Shown: positions 1 to 11,208, numbered from the stretch's first letter. The stretch is 64,000 nt of DNA from an uncultured delta proteobacterium (GCA_963816395.1 CAWFKQ010000016.1:256001-320000); one strand, 5' to 3'. A program made the numbers and translations. Notes: a model not told the origin generated them from the letters alone.

Positions 1-1191
1 CGCTGTACCGGCCATTGCTCCATGGTGAGGAGGGTACCATCCGGGGACTCCACCCGCAGCCCGCTGATTCGTTCCATCATGGGCTTGGCCCGCAGCTCAG
101 GGGGATAGGCGAGCAGTTTTTCCGCCGCCGGGTTCGCGCGAACGATTCCTCCTTCCTGATTGTAGATGATCAGGGGGGCGGCAATGGCCCTGATGGTGGC
201 GTCCAGTTCCGCGGCCCACCGCTGCGACTTCTGCAGCAGGTGCTTTCGTTCCTCGGCGATCTCCCACCGCCCTCTTTGCGCCTGCAGGCGCTCGTCGGCC
301 AAAGCGACGAAACGGGCCACGGTCAGGATGAAATCGACTTCCGCTTGGCTGTACTGATCGCGGCTTTTGCTGCCGAAAGAGAGAGTGCCGAGGAGGCGGC
401 TTTCGACCAGCAGGGGAACGCAGTAGTAGGCGCGAAGGCCGAAACGCCGGGCCAGTTGTCACCTGCGCTTCGGCCGAATTCTGGATGTGGGTGGCATAAA
501 TTGGCTGCCGCCTCTGGGCCGCCAGGCTGCAGATGGCCTTCCCCTTCCCGAGGCGGGAGATAAGGCGGGCCACATGCCCGGGGACGCCCTTCCAGGAGTC
601 GAGCCGCAGGCTTCCGTCCTGCTCCAGGAAGTAATTGAAATAGGTGTGGAGATCGAGTTCCCCGGCGAGCATGTGAAAGGCGGCGGCGGCGGCATCGGCC
701 GGCGTTTGCACCGCCAGCAACCGCCCAGCCAGTTCCGAGAGAAGCCCCAGACGCCGATTGCTTATATGCAGCGCCTGCTCCGTTCGCGCCAGTTCGGTCA
801 CGTTTCGGCCGTAGAGATTGACATACCGCCGGGCAGAAACCGGCACGCAGAAAAAGGAGAACATCAGGTGGTCGGCACATTCGACCTGCACGTTGGTGGC
901 CACTCCGGTGCGAAGTACCTCCAAGGCGGCGGTCAGTAACTCTTTGGGCAGCCGCTCCCCTGTCAGCCGCTTCTCCTGCTCCAGCAGGAGAACGGCGCGA
1001 CCGTTAGCGAATAGAACCTCCCCGCCCGGCCCCAGCCGCAGCAGCGGATCGGGGTTTTCCCGAGGAAACTGGGCGAGGCTGAGGATCTTCTGCACCCCTC
1101 GAGGAGTCCTCCCCAGGCGAACGCCGCGTCTTATCTGCCGACCCCCCTCATGCGCCGTGCCGGGCCGTGCGCTTCCATGTTTTCTCTTCAT
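1..1191 (-). CDS. PAS/GAF-domain sensor protein (probable histidine kinase), N-terminal part; frameshifted near 460 and running off the left edge
   Basis: ORF 97..1191 has PAS-like FPRENPDPLLRL...FANG and a GAF-like segment; a second frame continues PLLVESRLLGTLSF...AELDATI...ANPAAE, resembling the PAS repeats of 2874..5963. Confidence 0.7.
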
Positions 1192-1209
1192 CCCCCCCCC
1201 AAAAACAGG

Positions 1210-1247
1210 TAAGTTGGTTACCTCCTCATAAGTTGGTTACCTCCTCA
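1210..1247. repeat. Exact tandem duplication of 19 bp (TAAGTTGGTTACCTCCTCA x2)
   Basis: Read directly at 1210..1228 and 1229..1247. Confidence 0.95.
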
Positions 1248-1351
1248 TTTTAGTTCAAAATTAGCGGCCCAAGGGTCGTGGGGAGCGAATTTGCAACAAA
1301 GAAGGCGACCAGGTCCAAAAACCATAAAACTTTTCTTAATTGCAGGGCGAT

Positions 1352-2515
1352 TCAAGTCCCAAGCGGCATCTCCTCCGGCTGGAGGTCAAAGCGTGGGATG
1401 CGCTGTACCGCTAGCAAGGAGATCAGGCTGAGCAGCGCGCCAAAGATAAAGGGGATGCGGTAATCGACCATCCAGAGTGCCCCACCGATGGCCGGCATCA
1501 CTACGGCGGCAATGTGGTTGATGGTAAAACCGACTGCCATGCTCGGAGCGATATCCCGGTTATCGGCGACTTTTTGGAAATAAGTGCGGATGGCGATCGC
1601 AAAATTGAACAGGATGTGATCGAGGATGTACATCACGATAACCACCAGCTTCGAGCCACTGAAGGCATAGACCAGGAAGATGCCGATCAGCCCGGCATAT
1701 TCCACCGAGAGGACCCGACGTTCGCCGAAGCGGACGATGGCCTTGCCAATTGCGGGGCTCAGCACGTAGTTGACCGCATTGTTGACGACGAAGAGGAGAG
1801 TGACCTCGGTCACCGTGCAGTGGAATACCTTGACTAGAAGGTAGATCGAAAAGGCAATGAAGATCTGGCGCCGGGCGCCGGCCATAAAAGTGAGGAAATA
1901 ATAGAGGGAGTATCGGCGCCGGAAAATCATCTTTCGTTGCTGCAGCGGCACCTTCTGGTGGGTCGGGTCCTGCAGCAGCCCCCAGAGGCCGGCGGCGACA
2001 ACCAGCAGGCCGATCGAGAGGAACATCACCCGGTAGCTGAAGACCATGCTCATCAGATAAATCACCAGGCCGATGACGATGCTCGCCGCTGCCGCCAGGC
2101 TACGCAGCCGACCAAAGATCAGCGGGGAGGTGGCGGTGCTGAAGTATTGCAGCGTCAGGGACTGATTGGTCGTTTCGTAGTAATGAAAACCGAAGCTCAT
2201 CACCAGGGTCGTGACCACCAGGCCGGGGTAGCTCGGGAAAAAGCCGGTCAAGCCGACACCGGCGCCGAGCAGGACGATGGAAAAAGCCGAGAGCCGGTGC
2301 TCGCGGACCACCAGCATGACGAAAACCGCCAGAAGTGCCAGAAAACCCGGGATTTCGCGTACCGAGCCGATGACTCCGATCTGCAGACCATTGAGGCCCC
2401 CGACTTCTACGGCAAAATTGTTGAACAGGATTTGCCAGCATTGCAGTCCGACCACCGAGGCGGCGGTTTGAACGACCAGGAAGCGCAGCATGGGGCGCTG
2501 CTCATTTGAGATCAT
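1352..2515 (-). CDS. MFS transporter
   Basis: Intact 387-aa ORF with many hydrophobic helices and an MFS-like GKAIVRFGERR loop. Confidence 0.85.
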   Translation of the reverse strand: MISNEQRPMLRFLVVQTAASVVGLQCWQILFNNFAVEVGGLNGLQIGVIGSVREIPGFLALLAVFVMLVVREHRLSAFSIVLLGAGVGLTGFFPSYPGLVVTTLVMSFGFHYYETTNQSLTLQYFSTATSPLIFGRLRSLAAAASIVIGLVIYLMSMVFSYRVMFLSIGLLVVAAGLWGLLQDPTHQKVPLQQRKMIFRRRYSLYYFLTFMAGARRQIFIAFSIYLLVKVFHCTVTEVTLLFVVNNAVNYVLSPAIGKAIVRFGERRVLSVEYAGLIGIFLVYAFSGSKLVVIVMYILDHILFNFAIAIRTYFQKVADNRDIAPSMAVGFTINHIAAVVMPAIGGALWMVDYRIPFIFGALLSLISLLAVQRIPRFDLQPEEMPLGT

Positions 2516-2651
2516 GGGTACAGCCTTTTACGGGGAATTTTTTCTGAAAGAGGTCGGCAAACAGTCTGCGACAATTTCCGGCAAATGGTAAGAAAAAAGA
2601 GCATCCGCCCACCCGGGCGTGGAAAAATTCCAACCCGGGCTGCATGACTCG

Positions 2652-2852
2652 TCAGATCACCCGGTCGATAAACTCGTCCACCTGCCGTTCCGCCTCTTCC
2701 CGGCTCATCCCGTATTTCTCTTCCAGCTTGCCGATCAGCTGTTCGCGGCGACCGGCGATCCAGTCGACCTCGTCGCCGGTCAGCTCTCCCCAGAATTCCC
2801 GGATTTTTCCCTTCAGCTGAGACCAGCCGGCCCCCAGTTTGTCGGTTTGCAT
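2652..2852 (-). CDS. CsbD-family stress protein
   Basis: 66 aa with W.QLKGKIRE.WGELT.DE...GRREQLIGKLEEKYG CsbD/YjbJ signature; GGAGG RBS upstream. Confidence 0.9.
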   Translation of the reverse strand: MQTDKLGAGWSQLKGKIREFWGELTGDEVDWIAGRREQLIGKLEEKYGMSREEAERQVDEFIDRVI

Positions 2853-2873
2853 GTGCGTTTCCTTTCCTCCCGG

Positions 2874-5800
2874 TCAGTTCTGCTCTTCTGGCCGCCATAC
2901 CGGAAGGGTAAAGGTGAAGGTGCTCCCCCGCCCGGGGACGCTGCTGACGGCGATGCGGCCGCCGTGGGCTTCCACCAGCATGCGGGCAATGAACAGGCCA
3001 AGGCCGACGCCGCCTTCCTTGCGGCCGCTCTTTGGCCGGTAGAAGCGCTCGAAGATATGCCGCTGGTCTTCCGGCTCCAGGCCCTGCCCGTGATCGGTCA
3101 CCGAGATCTCGACTTCCCCGTCGGCGGGGCGCGTGCGAATCTCCACCGGGCTGCCGGCCGGAGAATACTTCAGGGCATTGGTCAGCAGATTCGTCAACAC
3201 CCGCTCCAGACGATGGGGATCGGCCGCCAGCGGCGGCAGTTCCGTCGGGATATCCGCCACGATCCTCTCGACTTCCAGCCCCGGCGCCGAGCTCCGCAGC
3301 AGGTCGGCCAGGAAACTGGCGAAATCGATTCGCTCCCGCTCCAGCCGCAGCTGCCCCCCTTCCAGCCGGGCGGCATCGACCAGATCCTCGATCAGGGCGC
3401 CCATGCGGGCGGAGGCCTGCAGGATCGCCTCGGTGTGCATGCCGACTTCGCTCGGCAGGTCGCGCCCCCGCAGCAGTTTTTCCAGCAATTGCGCATGGCC
3501 GTGGATGACGGTGAGCGGAGTGCGCAGGTCATGGGAAATGGTGTGCGTATAGAGCTCCTGGTTTTTCTGCAGCTCGTGCAGGGGGGTGATGTCGGTGAAG
3601 GTGGCGACCGCTCCCTGGGTGATCCCATCGGCGGTGCGGATCGGCGCGGCGCTCACCGTCGCCCAGATGGTCTGCTCCGGAGCCGGATGCAGGACGAGAA
3701 CCGACCCGAAGACGGTCTCCCCCCGCAAGGCCCGGAAGGTCGGCGACTCCTCTGCCGGAACCGGCGCGCCCTCCGGGGTTTCCACCCGCAGCCAGGCGCT
3801 GCGTTGCGGCAGCGGCAATTCCCGCCGGGCAGCCGTATAGCGGAACATCCTCTCGGCCGCCGGGTTCATCCGCAGGATTTCCCCTCCGGCCCCGTAAATG
3901 ATGACCCCGTCTGGTATGGAAGAGATAGTCGCTTCCAGTTCGGCCAGGACCCGCTCCCGTTCCGCCTCGGCCCGCTTCTGCTCGGTGATGTCGGTAAAAA
4001 TGGCGACCGCCCCCAGCATCTGGCCTTCCGGCGACCGGATGGGAGCGGCACTGACGTTGGTCCAGAGGGTGCGGTCCGGCGCCGGGTGCAGAACCATGAC
4101 CGCGCCGCGGACCGTTTCCCCCCGCAGGGCGCGGGCGACCGGGATCTCGCTCGGCGGGAAGGGCACCCCCGCCGGCGTCTCCACCCGCAGCCAGGCAATC
4201 CTTTCGGCCAGTGGCTCCTGGCGCATCTTCGGGGAGTAGGCGAAGAGATTTTCCGCCGCCGGGTTCATGCGGGCGATCTCCCCTTGCAGGCCGAAGATGA
4301 TGACCGCGTCGGCAATAGAGGCAATCGTCGCGTCCAGCTCGGCGGCCCGCCGCTCCACTTCCGCCAGCAGTCGGGCGCGGTCCTCTTCCGCATTTTTCAG
4401 CGGCGTGATGTCGGTGGAAATCCCTCCCAGGCCATAGATGGCGCCGGCGGCATCGCGCAAGGGGAACTTGGTCGAGATGAAGACATGCCGGCCATCGTCC
4501 TGCGGGATTTCCTCCTCAAAGGTGAGCGGGGAGCCGGTCTCCAGCACCGCCAGGTCATTGGCGCGTACCTGCGCGGCCGAGGTGGGGCTGGCAACCACCT
4601 CGGCATCCGTTTTGCCGATGAACCATTCCAGCGGCCGCCCGAAAATCCGTTCGTATACCCGGTTGACCAGCAGCAGATGACCCTCCCGGTCCTTGAGGTA
4701 AATGGCCGCAGGGGTGTTGTCGAGAACCGCCTGCAGACGCCCTTCGCTCTCCCGCCGGGCCTGTTCCACTTCAACCATCTCGGTGATGTCCTGGGCGACG
4801 GCAACGGCGCCGGCGAGTCGGTCCTCGGCATCGAAGATGGGCGCCGCGGAACTGAGAATGGTGCCGCACCGCCCATCGAAGCGCAGGATATGCGCCTGCT
4901 GGCCATGGACCGGCCGACCTTCCAGCAGCGCCCGCGCCAGAGCCCAGTCTTCCGGCCGCAGCGGTTCACCGGTATCCGCCCGCCAGCCCTGGTACTGGGC
5001 GAACTCCGGAATCCCCTGGGAGTGGGGAGCGCCGCCCCAGATCTGCTCGACCATGCGGTTGGTCTCGATCACCCGGCCGTCGGCATCGGCCATCCAGACG
5101 GCAACCGGCAGGGTATCGAGAACAGTGCGCAGGCGGTTGCGTTCCTCCTCCCCCCGGCGGCGGGCTTCTACCTGGTCGGTGATTTCATTGACGATCAGCA
5201 GCAGATCGGGGACTTTCTCGCCGCCGGGGAGGGGGAGCAGCGACCAGCGCCACCAGGTGATGCCCCGTGTGAAGCCGAGGTGCCGGTATTCCGGATTGGT
5301 GTAGGGCACGCCGGTTTCCGCCACCCGGCGGTAGATGTCCAGCAGGCCGCTCTCGGCCATCCCCGGTATGATCTCCTCGATCGGCCGCCCCCGCAGGTTG
5401 CCCTGGCGGAAGGATTGTTCCAGAAACTGCCGGCCGTAGTCGTTGAGCCATTTGAGCCGCAGACGGCGGCCGTCGACGACCGCCAGGCCGACCGGGGCGT
5501 TCTCGACGATGGCGGCGAACAGGCCCCGGCGCTCCTTCAGTGCCTGCTCCAGGAGCTCCCGTTCGGCCTCCAGCCGCCGCCGGCGGCGGTTCTCTGCCTT
5601 GCGCAGTTCCCGCCGCAGAATCGCTCCCAGGCGCGCCAGCTGCTCCCGGGTGAGATAGGCCTGGGCACCTCCTTGCATGGCCGCCGGAACCAATTCCCGC
5701 CGGCTGGCGAAGATCATGATCCGGACGGCATCCGGCGCCTGCTTCCGCAGCAGGCGCAGGATTGCCCGGCCGCTCAGGCCGGGGAGACTGCCCCCGATGA

Positions 5801-5963
5801 TGACGGCCGCCCAGGGCCCCTCGGCCAGGGCCTGCCGCAGTGCCTGTCCGCTGTCCGCCCGGCACAGTTCGGGTTTGAGATCGCCGCCCTGCAGTTCGCA
5901 AGCGATCCGTTGCGAATCGTCTTCGGACCTCTCGATAATAAGCAGCCGCACAGACCTGGGCAC
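2874..5963 (-). CDS. Multi-PAS sensor histidine kinase with a degenerate N-terminal receiver-like domain
   Basis: 1029 aa; five PAS/PAC-like repeats; H-box SHDLRTPL, N-box NLLTNALKYS, G1 DHGQG, G2 GVGLGL. Confidence 0.92.
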   Translation of the reverse strand: MPRSVRLLIIERSEDDSQRIACELQGGDLKPELCRADSGQALRQALAEGPWAAVIIGGSLPGLSGRAILRLLRKQAPDAVRIMIFASRRELVPAAMQGGAQAYLTREQLARLGAILRRELRKAENRRRRRLEAERELLEQALKERRGLFAAIVENAPVGLAVVDGRRLRLKWLNDYGRQFLEQSFRQGNLRGRPIEEIIPGMAESGLLDIYRRVAETGVPYTNPEYRHLGFTRGITWWRWSLLPLPGGEKVPDLLLIVNEITDQVEARRRGEEERNRLRTVLDTLPVAVWMADADGRVIETNRMVEQIWGGAPHSQGIPEFAQYQGWRADTGEPLRPEDWALARALLEGRPVHGQQAHILRFDGRCGTILSSAAPIFDAEDRLAGAVAVAQDITEMVEVEQARRESEGRLQAVLDNTPAAIYLKDREGHLLLVNRVYERIFGRPLEWFIGKTDAEVVASPTSAAQVRANDLAVLETGSPLTFEEEIPQDDGRHVFISTKFPLRDAAGAIYGLGGISTDITPLKNAEEDRARLLAEVERRAAELDATIASIADAVIIFGLQGEIARMNPAAENLFAYSPKMRQEPLAERIAWLRVETPAGVPFPPSEIPVARALRGETVRGAVMVLHPAPDRTLWTNVSAAPIRSPEGQMLGAVAIFTDITEQKRAEAERERVLAELEATISSIPDGVIIYGAGGEILRMNPAAERMFRYTAARRELPLPQRSAWLRVETPEGAPVPAEESPTFRALRGETVFGSVLVLHPAPEQTIWATVSAAPIRTADGITQGAVATFTDITPLHELQKNQELYTHTISHDLRTPLTVIHGHAQLLEKLLRGRDLPSEVGMHTEAILQASARMGALIEDLVDAARLEGGQLRLERERIDFASFLADLLRSSAPGLEVERIVADIPTELPPLAADPHRLERVLTNLLTNALKYSPAGSPVEIRTRPADGEVEISVTDHGQGLEPEDQRHIFERFYRPKSGRKEGGVGLGLFIARMLVEAHGGRIAVSSVPGRGSTFTFTLPVWRPEEQN

Positions 5964-6117
5964 GCTCCGTAAATGGGGAAAATTCCTATTTTATCTTACC
6001 CTTCGATTGTGGAAGGACAAGGGGCCGGGACGTTCGGAAAAGGAAAAAAGCGAAGGAAAACGGCAGGGAGAACAAACTCCCGGAACAGGGAGGAGGAACG
6101 GGGTGCGCGGCGGCTGG

Positions 6118-6282
6118 CTAGTGTCCCGTTTGGTTAGTCCATTCAGATAATTCTGAGGCATTTTGACTGCTGGCAAGGCGCGCCGACGCAGGCCTAGCCT
6201 GCACTAAGCCGAGGAGGCGTAACGCAGCTAGCGGGCAAAAGGACCAGAATTAATGGACGGAATTAACCAATCGGGACACTAG
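6118..6282. mobile_element. MITE-like palindromic element with CTAG at both ends and ~19-bp terminal inverted repeats
   Basis: Left CTAGTGTCCCGTTTGGTTA versus right TAACCAATCGGGACACTAG (1 mismatch); imperfect internal complementarity; no coding capacity. Confidence 0.65.
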
Positions 6283-8351
6283 GGGAGTCCGAAACGCTGC
6301 AGGGCCTCGGCCGTGGCCAGATCGAAGTGCGAGAATTCCATGGTGTAGGTGCCGCGGCCGCGGGTGGCGCTGCGCAGTTCGGTCATGTAGCCGAACATTT
6401 CCGAAAGGGGGACCTGGGCCTGGATCACCTCGGTATCGCCGCGGCTCTGCATGCCTTCAATGCGGCCGCGTTTCTGCTGCAGTGAGCCGAGCGCCCGCCC
6501 GGCATTTTCGCTGGGGACAATCAGCTCCAGGCGCATGATCGGTTCGAGCAGCGCCGGCTCCCCTTCCCGGGCCGCCAGGGCCAGGCCGCGCTGGGCGGCG
6601 GCCCGCAGGCCGAGTTCGGTGGTGACGCCGGGTTCGTAGGGAGCCTCGATGACCCGCACTTCCAGGTCGGTGAAGGGGTAGCCGGCACGGGCGCCGGCCG
6701 CGGCAGCCTGGGTGAGGGCGCTCTCCAGGCTGGCCTGCAGCTCCGGCGGCAGGGGGGCGGCGAGCGGCCGGCGGCAGGACCAGCCGCAGCCCGGCGCCGC
6801 GCGGCAGCGGCGAAAGGCGCAGCAGCACCTCCCCCTTCTGCGGCCGGCCATCCACCTCCCGCTGGAACACCTCCCGGCGCTCCACGGCCCGCTGCAGGGT
6901 TTCCCGGTAGACCACCTGCGGCCGGCCGGTCTTGACCTCGACGCCGAACTCGCGGGCCAGGCGGGTGGTGAGGATCTCCAGGTGCAGCTCCCCCATGCCG
7001 GTGAGGATGGTCTGGCCGGTCTCGGCGTCTTCATGCACCCGGAAGGTGGGGTCTTCCCACTGCAGTTTCTCCAGGGAGGGGAGCAGCTTCTCCCGGCCGT
7101 CAATGCTCTTCGGCTCCACCGCCAGGGAAACCACCGGTTCGGGAATGGCGAGGCCGCCAGCACCAGCGGCCGTTCGGGGCTGCACAGGGTATCGCCGGTC
7201 AGCACGTCTTTCAGACCGGCGGCGGCGACGATATCGCCGGCCCGCGCCTCCTCCAGGCGCTCGCGCTTGTGGGCGTGCATGCGGAAGAGGCGCGCCACCT
7301 TCTCCGAGGCGCCCCGGGTGCTGTTCCAGACCGCGTCGCCGGGGCGCAGGCGGCCGGCGTAGAGGCGCAGGTAGGTGAGCTTGCGACCCTCGTCGGAGAC
7401 CACCTTGAAGGCCAGGGCGCAGAGGGGCGCCTGCGGCTCGCAGGGCAAGTGCACGGTTCTCTCCTGACCGTCCGCCGGCCGGGCGGGGACCGGCGGCGCT
7501 TCCAGGGGGAAGGGAGAAAGGCCCCGACGGCGTCGAGCAGCGGCTGGATCCCCTTGTTGCGCAGGGCGGCGCCGAGCAGCACCGGAAACAGGCGGCATTC
7601 CAGCGTCCCCCGGCGCAGGGCGGCGGTCAGCCGCTCCGCCGCCACTTCCCGGCCGTCGAGGAAATCGGCCAGGATGGCATCGTCGAAATCGGCCGCCGCC
7701 TCGATGATCCGCTCGCGCGGCGACGCGCACCTCCTGCCGCCGCTCGTCGGGAACGGCTGCCGTTTCCATGGTCACGCCCTGATCGGCCTCGGCGAAGGTG
7801 AGCAGGCGCTCCTCCAGCAGATCGATAACGCCGGCGAACCCCGCCTCCTCCCCCAGCGGCAGCTGCAGCAGCACCGGCCTTGCCTGCAGGCGCTCCGCCA
7901 TCTGCGTCAGCACCGCCTGGTAATCGGCGCCGATGCGGTCCATCTTGTTCACCAGGCAGACCCGCGGCACCCGGTAGCGGCTGGCCTGGCGCCAGACCGA
8001 TTCGCTCTGCGGCTGCACCCCCTCGACGGCGCTGAAGATGGCAATCGCCCCGTCGAGCACCCGCAGCGAACGCTCCACTTCGATGGTGAAATCGATGTGC
8101 CCCGGGGTATCGATGAGGTTCAGCCACAGTCCGCCCCAGCGGCAGGTGGTGGCGGTGGCGGTAATGGTGATGCCGCGCTGCTGCTCCTGCTCCATCCAGT
8201 CCATGGTGGCGGAGCCGTCATGGACTTCCCCCATCTTGTGGATTTCGCCGGTGTAAAAGAGGATGCGCTCGGAGACCGTCGTCTTGCCGGCATCGATATG
8301 GGAGATGATGCCGATATTGCGGATATTGGAGAGGGAAGGGGAGGAAGGCAT
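6279..8351 (-). CDS. fusA: Elongation factor G paralogue (divergent, EF-G2-like), with internal frameshifts
   Basis: [38 protein letters not shown]...[21 protein letters not shown]; middle parts lie in alternative frames (7211..7645, 6457..7185). Confidence 0.9.
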   Translation of the reverse strand: MPSSPSLSNIRNIGIISHIDAGKTTVSERILFYTGEIHKMGEVHDGSATMDWMEQEQQRGITITATATTCRWGGLWLNLIDTPGHIDFTIEVERSLRVLDGAIAIFSAVEGVQPQSESVWRQASRYRVPRVCLVNKMDRIGADYQAVLTQMAERLQARPVLLQLPLGEEAGFAGVIDLLEERLLTFAEADQGVTMETAAVPDERRQEVRVAARADHRGGGRFRRCHPGRFPRRPGSGGGAADRRPAPGDAGMPPVSGAARRRPAQQGDPAAARRRRGLSPFPLEAPPVPARPADGQERTVHLPCEPQAPLCALAFKVVSDEGRKLTYLRLYAGRLRPGDAVWNSTRGASEKVARLFRMHAHKRERLEEARAGDIVAAAGLKDVLTGDTLCSPERPLVLAASPFPNRWFPWRWSRRALTAGRSCSPPWRNCSGKTPPSGCMKTPRPARPSSPAWGSCTWRSSPPAWPASSASRSRPAGRRWSTGKPCSGPWSAGRCSSGRWMAGRRRGRCCCAFRRCRAAPGCGWSCRRPLAAPLPPELQASLESALTQAAAAGARAGYPFTDLEVRVIEAPYEPGVTTELGLRAAAQRGLALAAREGEPALLEPIMRLELIVPSENAGRALGSLQQKRGRIEGMQSRGDTEVIQAQVPLSEMFGYMTELRSATRGRGTYTMEFSHFDLATAEALQRFGLP

Positions 8352-8509
8352 AATTTTGAATTATGAATGTTGAATTTTGAATTAAGGAAATTATAACCCG
8401 AAACCGCGAAATTTGTCGGGTACAAATTCTCTGTAAGGCAGGAAATGGAATCCTGCCTGCAAACCGGTTCGGAAATTAATTCAAAATTAAGAATTCAAAA
8501 TTCAAAATT
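8352..8509. repeat. AT-rich heptamer (TTTTGAA)n inverted-repeat element
   Basis: Arms 8352..8385 and 8476..8509 are near reverse complements. Confidence 0.9.
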
Positions 8510-8512
8510 GCA

Positions 8513-10342
8513 TCAAGCCGCCAACCCCTTGCGGATCTGGTACAGCTCCTCCAGCCCGAGGCCGTTGCCTTCGCAGTATTCCCGCTCGATCTCCTCCACG
8601 TAAAAGCGGTCGAGACCGCTGTTTTCGAGGAAATCCTCACGCAGCGCGGCGTCCTTTTCGACGATGATGCGGGGCAGGAGGTTGTGCAGGTAGATGGCTT
8701 CCTTTTTGATATCGACCACCACGTTGCGGAACAGGGCGGCAGGCAGCTCGCCGCTGAGGTGCCCCTTGCTGCGCAGTTCCTCTTGCACTTCGGTGCGCAG
8801 GATTTCCTGCTCGGCCCGGGTGCTGAAACGGGAGTAGAGGCTGCGGATGCGGTCTTTGACGTGCCCCAGGAGCAGGTTGTAGAACTGTTCTTCCCGGTCC
8901 GACGGCGTCGAGCCGGGCGACCAGTTCCTGGACCGTCTGCCGGCTGTCCTGGATGGCCGCCAGCCCTTCCCGCAGGCAGAGGAGCTTGCGCCGGCCGAAG
9001 CGTCCCAGATACTTGTTGTCCAGAATATCGGCAAAGAACAGGGTCTCGAAAAGCTCTGGAGAGAGCTCGGCGAAGGCTTTCTGGTTGCCGAGCAGACTGC
9101 GGATCGTCTCGTCGGTGAAGCGGACCCCCTCCATGAAAGCCAACTGGCTGATCCTGGCCGAGGTGCTGTCGTAGCGATCGAAGTAGGTGATGATGTAAGA
9201 GAAGCTCTCCAGCAGGGAAAGGTCGGCGCCGTCGCGGATCTTCTCGTCGCAGGCTTTTCCCGCCTCGAGCAGGATCTGCTCGAAGGTGTGGTCGCGGTTT
9301 TCGCTGGCCCGCCGCTTGGCATTGAGCAGCCGGATCATATCCTCCCGGTCGAGGCTGGCGTCGATGTGCCGCTCACCCAGAAACAGCCCGTGCAGGATCT
9401 GCCGGGTCTCGGCCAGGTAATCCTGGTCGGCCAGCTTGACCAGGCTGTCATGCTTGAGCATTTCGTCCAGGGTATAGAAGAGCGCCGAGGGGATCTTGTT
9501 GCGCACCGACAGCGTCTTGAGCCGGTTCAGGCGGGCGTTTTCCAGCTCGTTGATGGTGCCCCGCCGGCTGCATTCGATGAGAATGCTTTTGTACTCATCG
9601 ACGATCCGGCGGTTGTCCGGATGCTTGTACATCACGTCGATGCGGATCCGCTCCTGCTGGTATTTGTCCAGGCCGAGGCTGGCGGCCAGCTGCTCCAGGC
9701 GCTCGGCATCCCGCTCGGAGATGGTCTTGTCCCGGAAGTAGAGGTCGCGAAAGCAGTCGTAGAAGGCCTTGTGCTTTTTATGGATGAGCTTTGATCAGGT
9801 AAAGGGCGCTGCGGTGGCCGAGCAGGCCGAACATCTCCTCGATCAGTTCGGCGTCGTCGCCGTCGCCGACGCTGGTGCTGCGCTTCAGCAGCTTGCCGAG
9901 CAGGCGCAGGATCTCTTCCTGCTGCACGGGGAGGGAGCCGGAGACCGAGCCGGTGAGAAAGAAAAAGTAATTGCAGACGGCGTTCCCCTCGAAAAAGATC
10001 CGTTCGTAATTCTGCCGTCCCTCGGTGCGCCCGGTGAAGACCAGATCGCCGTTGCGCTCGATGGTGGCGCCGAACAGGACCAGGCGGTTGCGCACGTCCA
10101 CCTTGGCCAGGTCGGCCAGCGGCTGGTCGACGCCGAACATGTACTCGCAGAAGGAGCCGCCGTTGCCCCGGTGGCGGATTCCCTCCCGGTCGAGGACGAT
10201 CTCGTTTCCCGGCGAGAAGAAGCGCAGGCCCTCGCCGAGCCGTTTCATAAAAACAGCAGCGGAAGGCATCTCTGGCGGCCGCCGTGGCGAAATACTCGAT
10301 GGTCGGATTCAGGTGGCCGTGCAGGCGGATTTCCTGGTGCAT
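8513..10342 (-). CDS. Conserved ~600-aa hypothetical protein resembling the Geobacter/Pelobacter TIGR04442 family; frameshifted
   Basis: Fragments MHQEIRLHG..., FFSPGNEI...GNGGSFCEYMFG, MYKHPDNRRIVDEYK..., REDFLENSGLDRFYVEEIERE join into one gene; family name recalled, not searched. Confidence 0.7.
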
Positions 10343-10379
10343 GGGCTTCTTTCCAGATGGCATTCCGGCGAGAAAGATT

Positions 10380-11208
10380 TCATCTTACGCGACGAATCGC
10401 CGCAAACTCAAGTTCCTTCTGTCGCCTGGCGGCAATCTGCAGGCACTGACCGTCGTAGGCGAACTCCACCCCCGGCGGCAGTGCGGCGGAATCGGCTGCA
10501 TGCTCCACCTCGTGACTGAGGTGGGTGAGCAGGGTCAGCCGCGGCGCCAGGCGAGCGGCGACTTCCAGCGCCCCGGGGATATTGAAATGGGTTTCGTGCG
10601 GGGTGAAGCGCAGGGCATCGATGATCAGCACCTCCAGTCCCTGCAGGCGGGCCTCCGAGGCCGGAGGGATGGCGCTGCAGTCCGTGAGATAGGCCAGGGG
10701 GCCGAAACGATAGCCGAGGGAGACGCCGCGGCCGTGCTGCAGCGGCAGCGGCAGTACCGGCAGGCCGAAAAGGAGGAAGTCGCCGCCGATCCTGAACGGC
10801 GTCAACTGCGGCCGGTAGCCCTGGTCGAGGGTGTCGTCGAAGATATAGGCAAAGGAGCGGCCGATGAAGTCGATCGTCTCGCTGGAGCCGAAGATGGGAA
10901 TCGGAGGCGCCGGCGGTCAGGCTGAACGGCCGCAGGTCATCGATGCCGTGCAGGTGATCGGCGTGGGTATGGGTGTAGAGAACGGCATCGATCCGGCGGA
11001 TTTTTTCCCGCAGCACCTGCTGGCGCAGGTCCGGGGTGGTATCGACCAGGATATTATGCCCGCCGTAGCCGATCAGCACGCTGCAGCGGGTGCGGGCGTT
11101 CTGCGGCAGGCCGGAGGTGCATACGGCACAGGTGCAGCCGGCTACCGGCACCCCGGTGCTGGTGCCGGAGCCGAGAACGGTTACCGTAAGTTCCGCTCCC
11201 CCCCTCAT
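10380..11208 (-). CDS. MBL-fold metallo-hydrolase (PhnP/YycJ-like); frameshift near 10900
   Basis: [10 protein letters not shown], CxCxx[34 protein letters not shown] motifs. Confidence 0.9.

Noticed and set aside
2619..5972. Long antisense ORFs (e.g. 2619..5972 +, 11316..13496 +, 44487..47561 +, 59767..61404 -)
   Set aside because: Shadow frames of GC-rich genes on the opposite strand with no recognisable motifs
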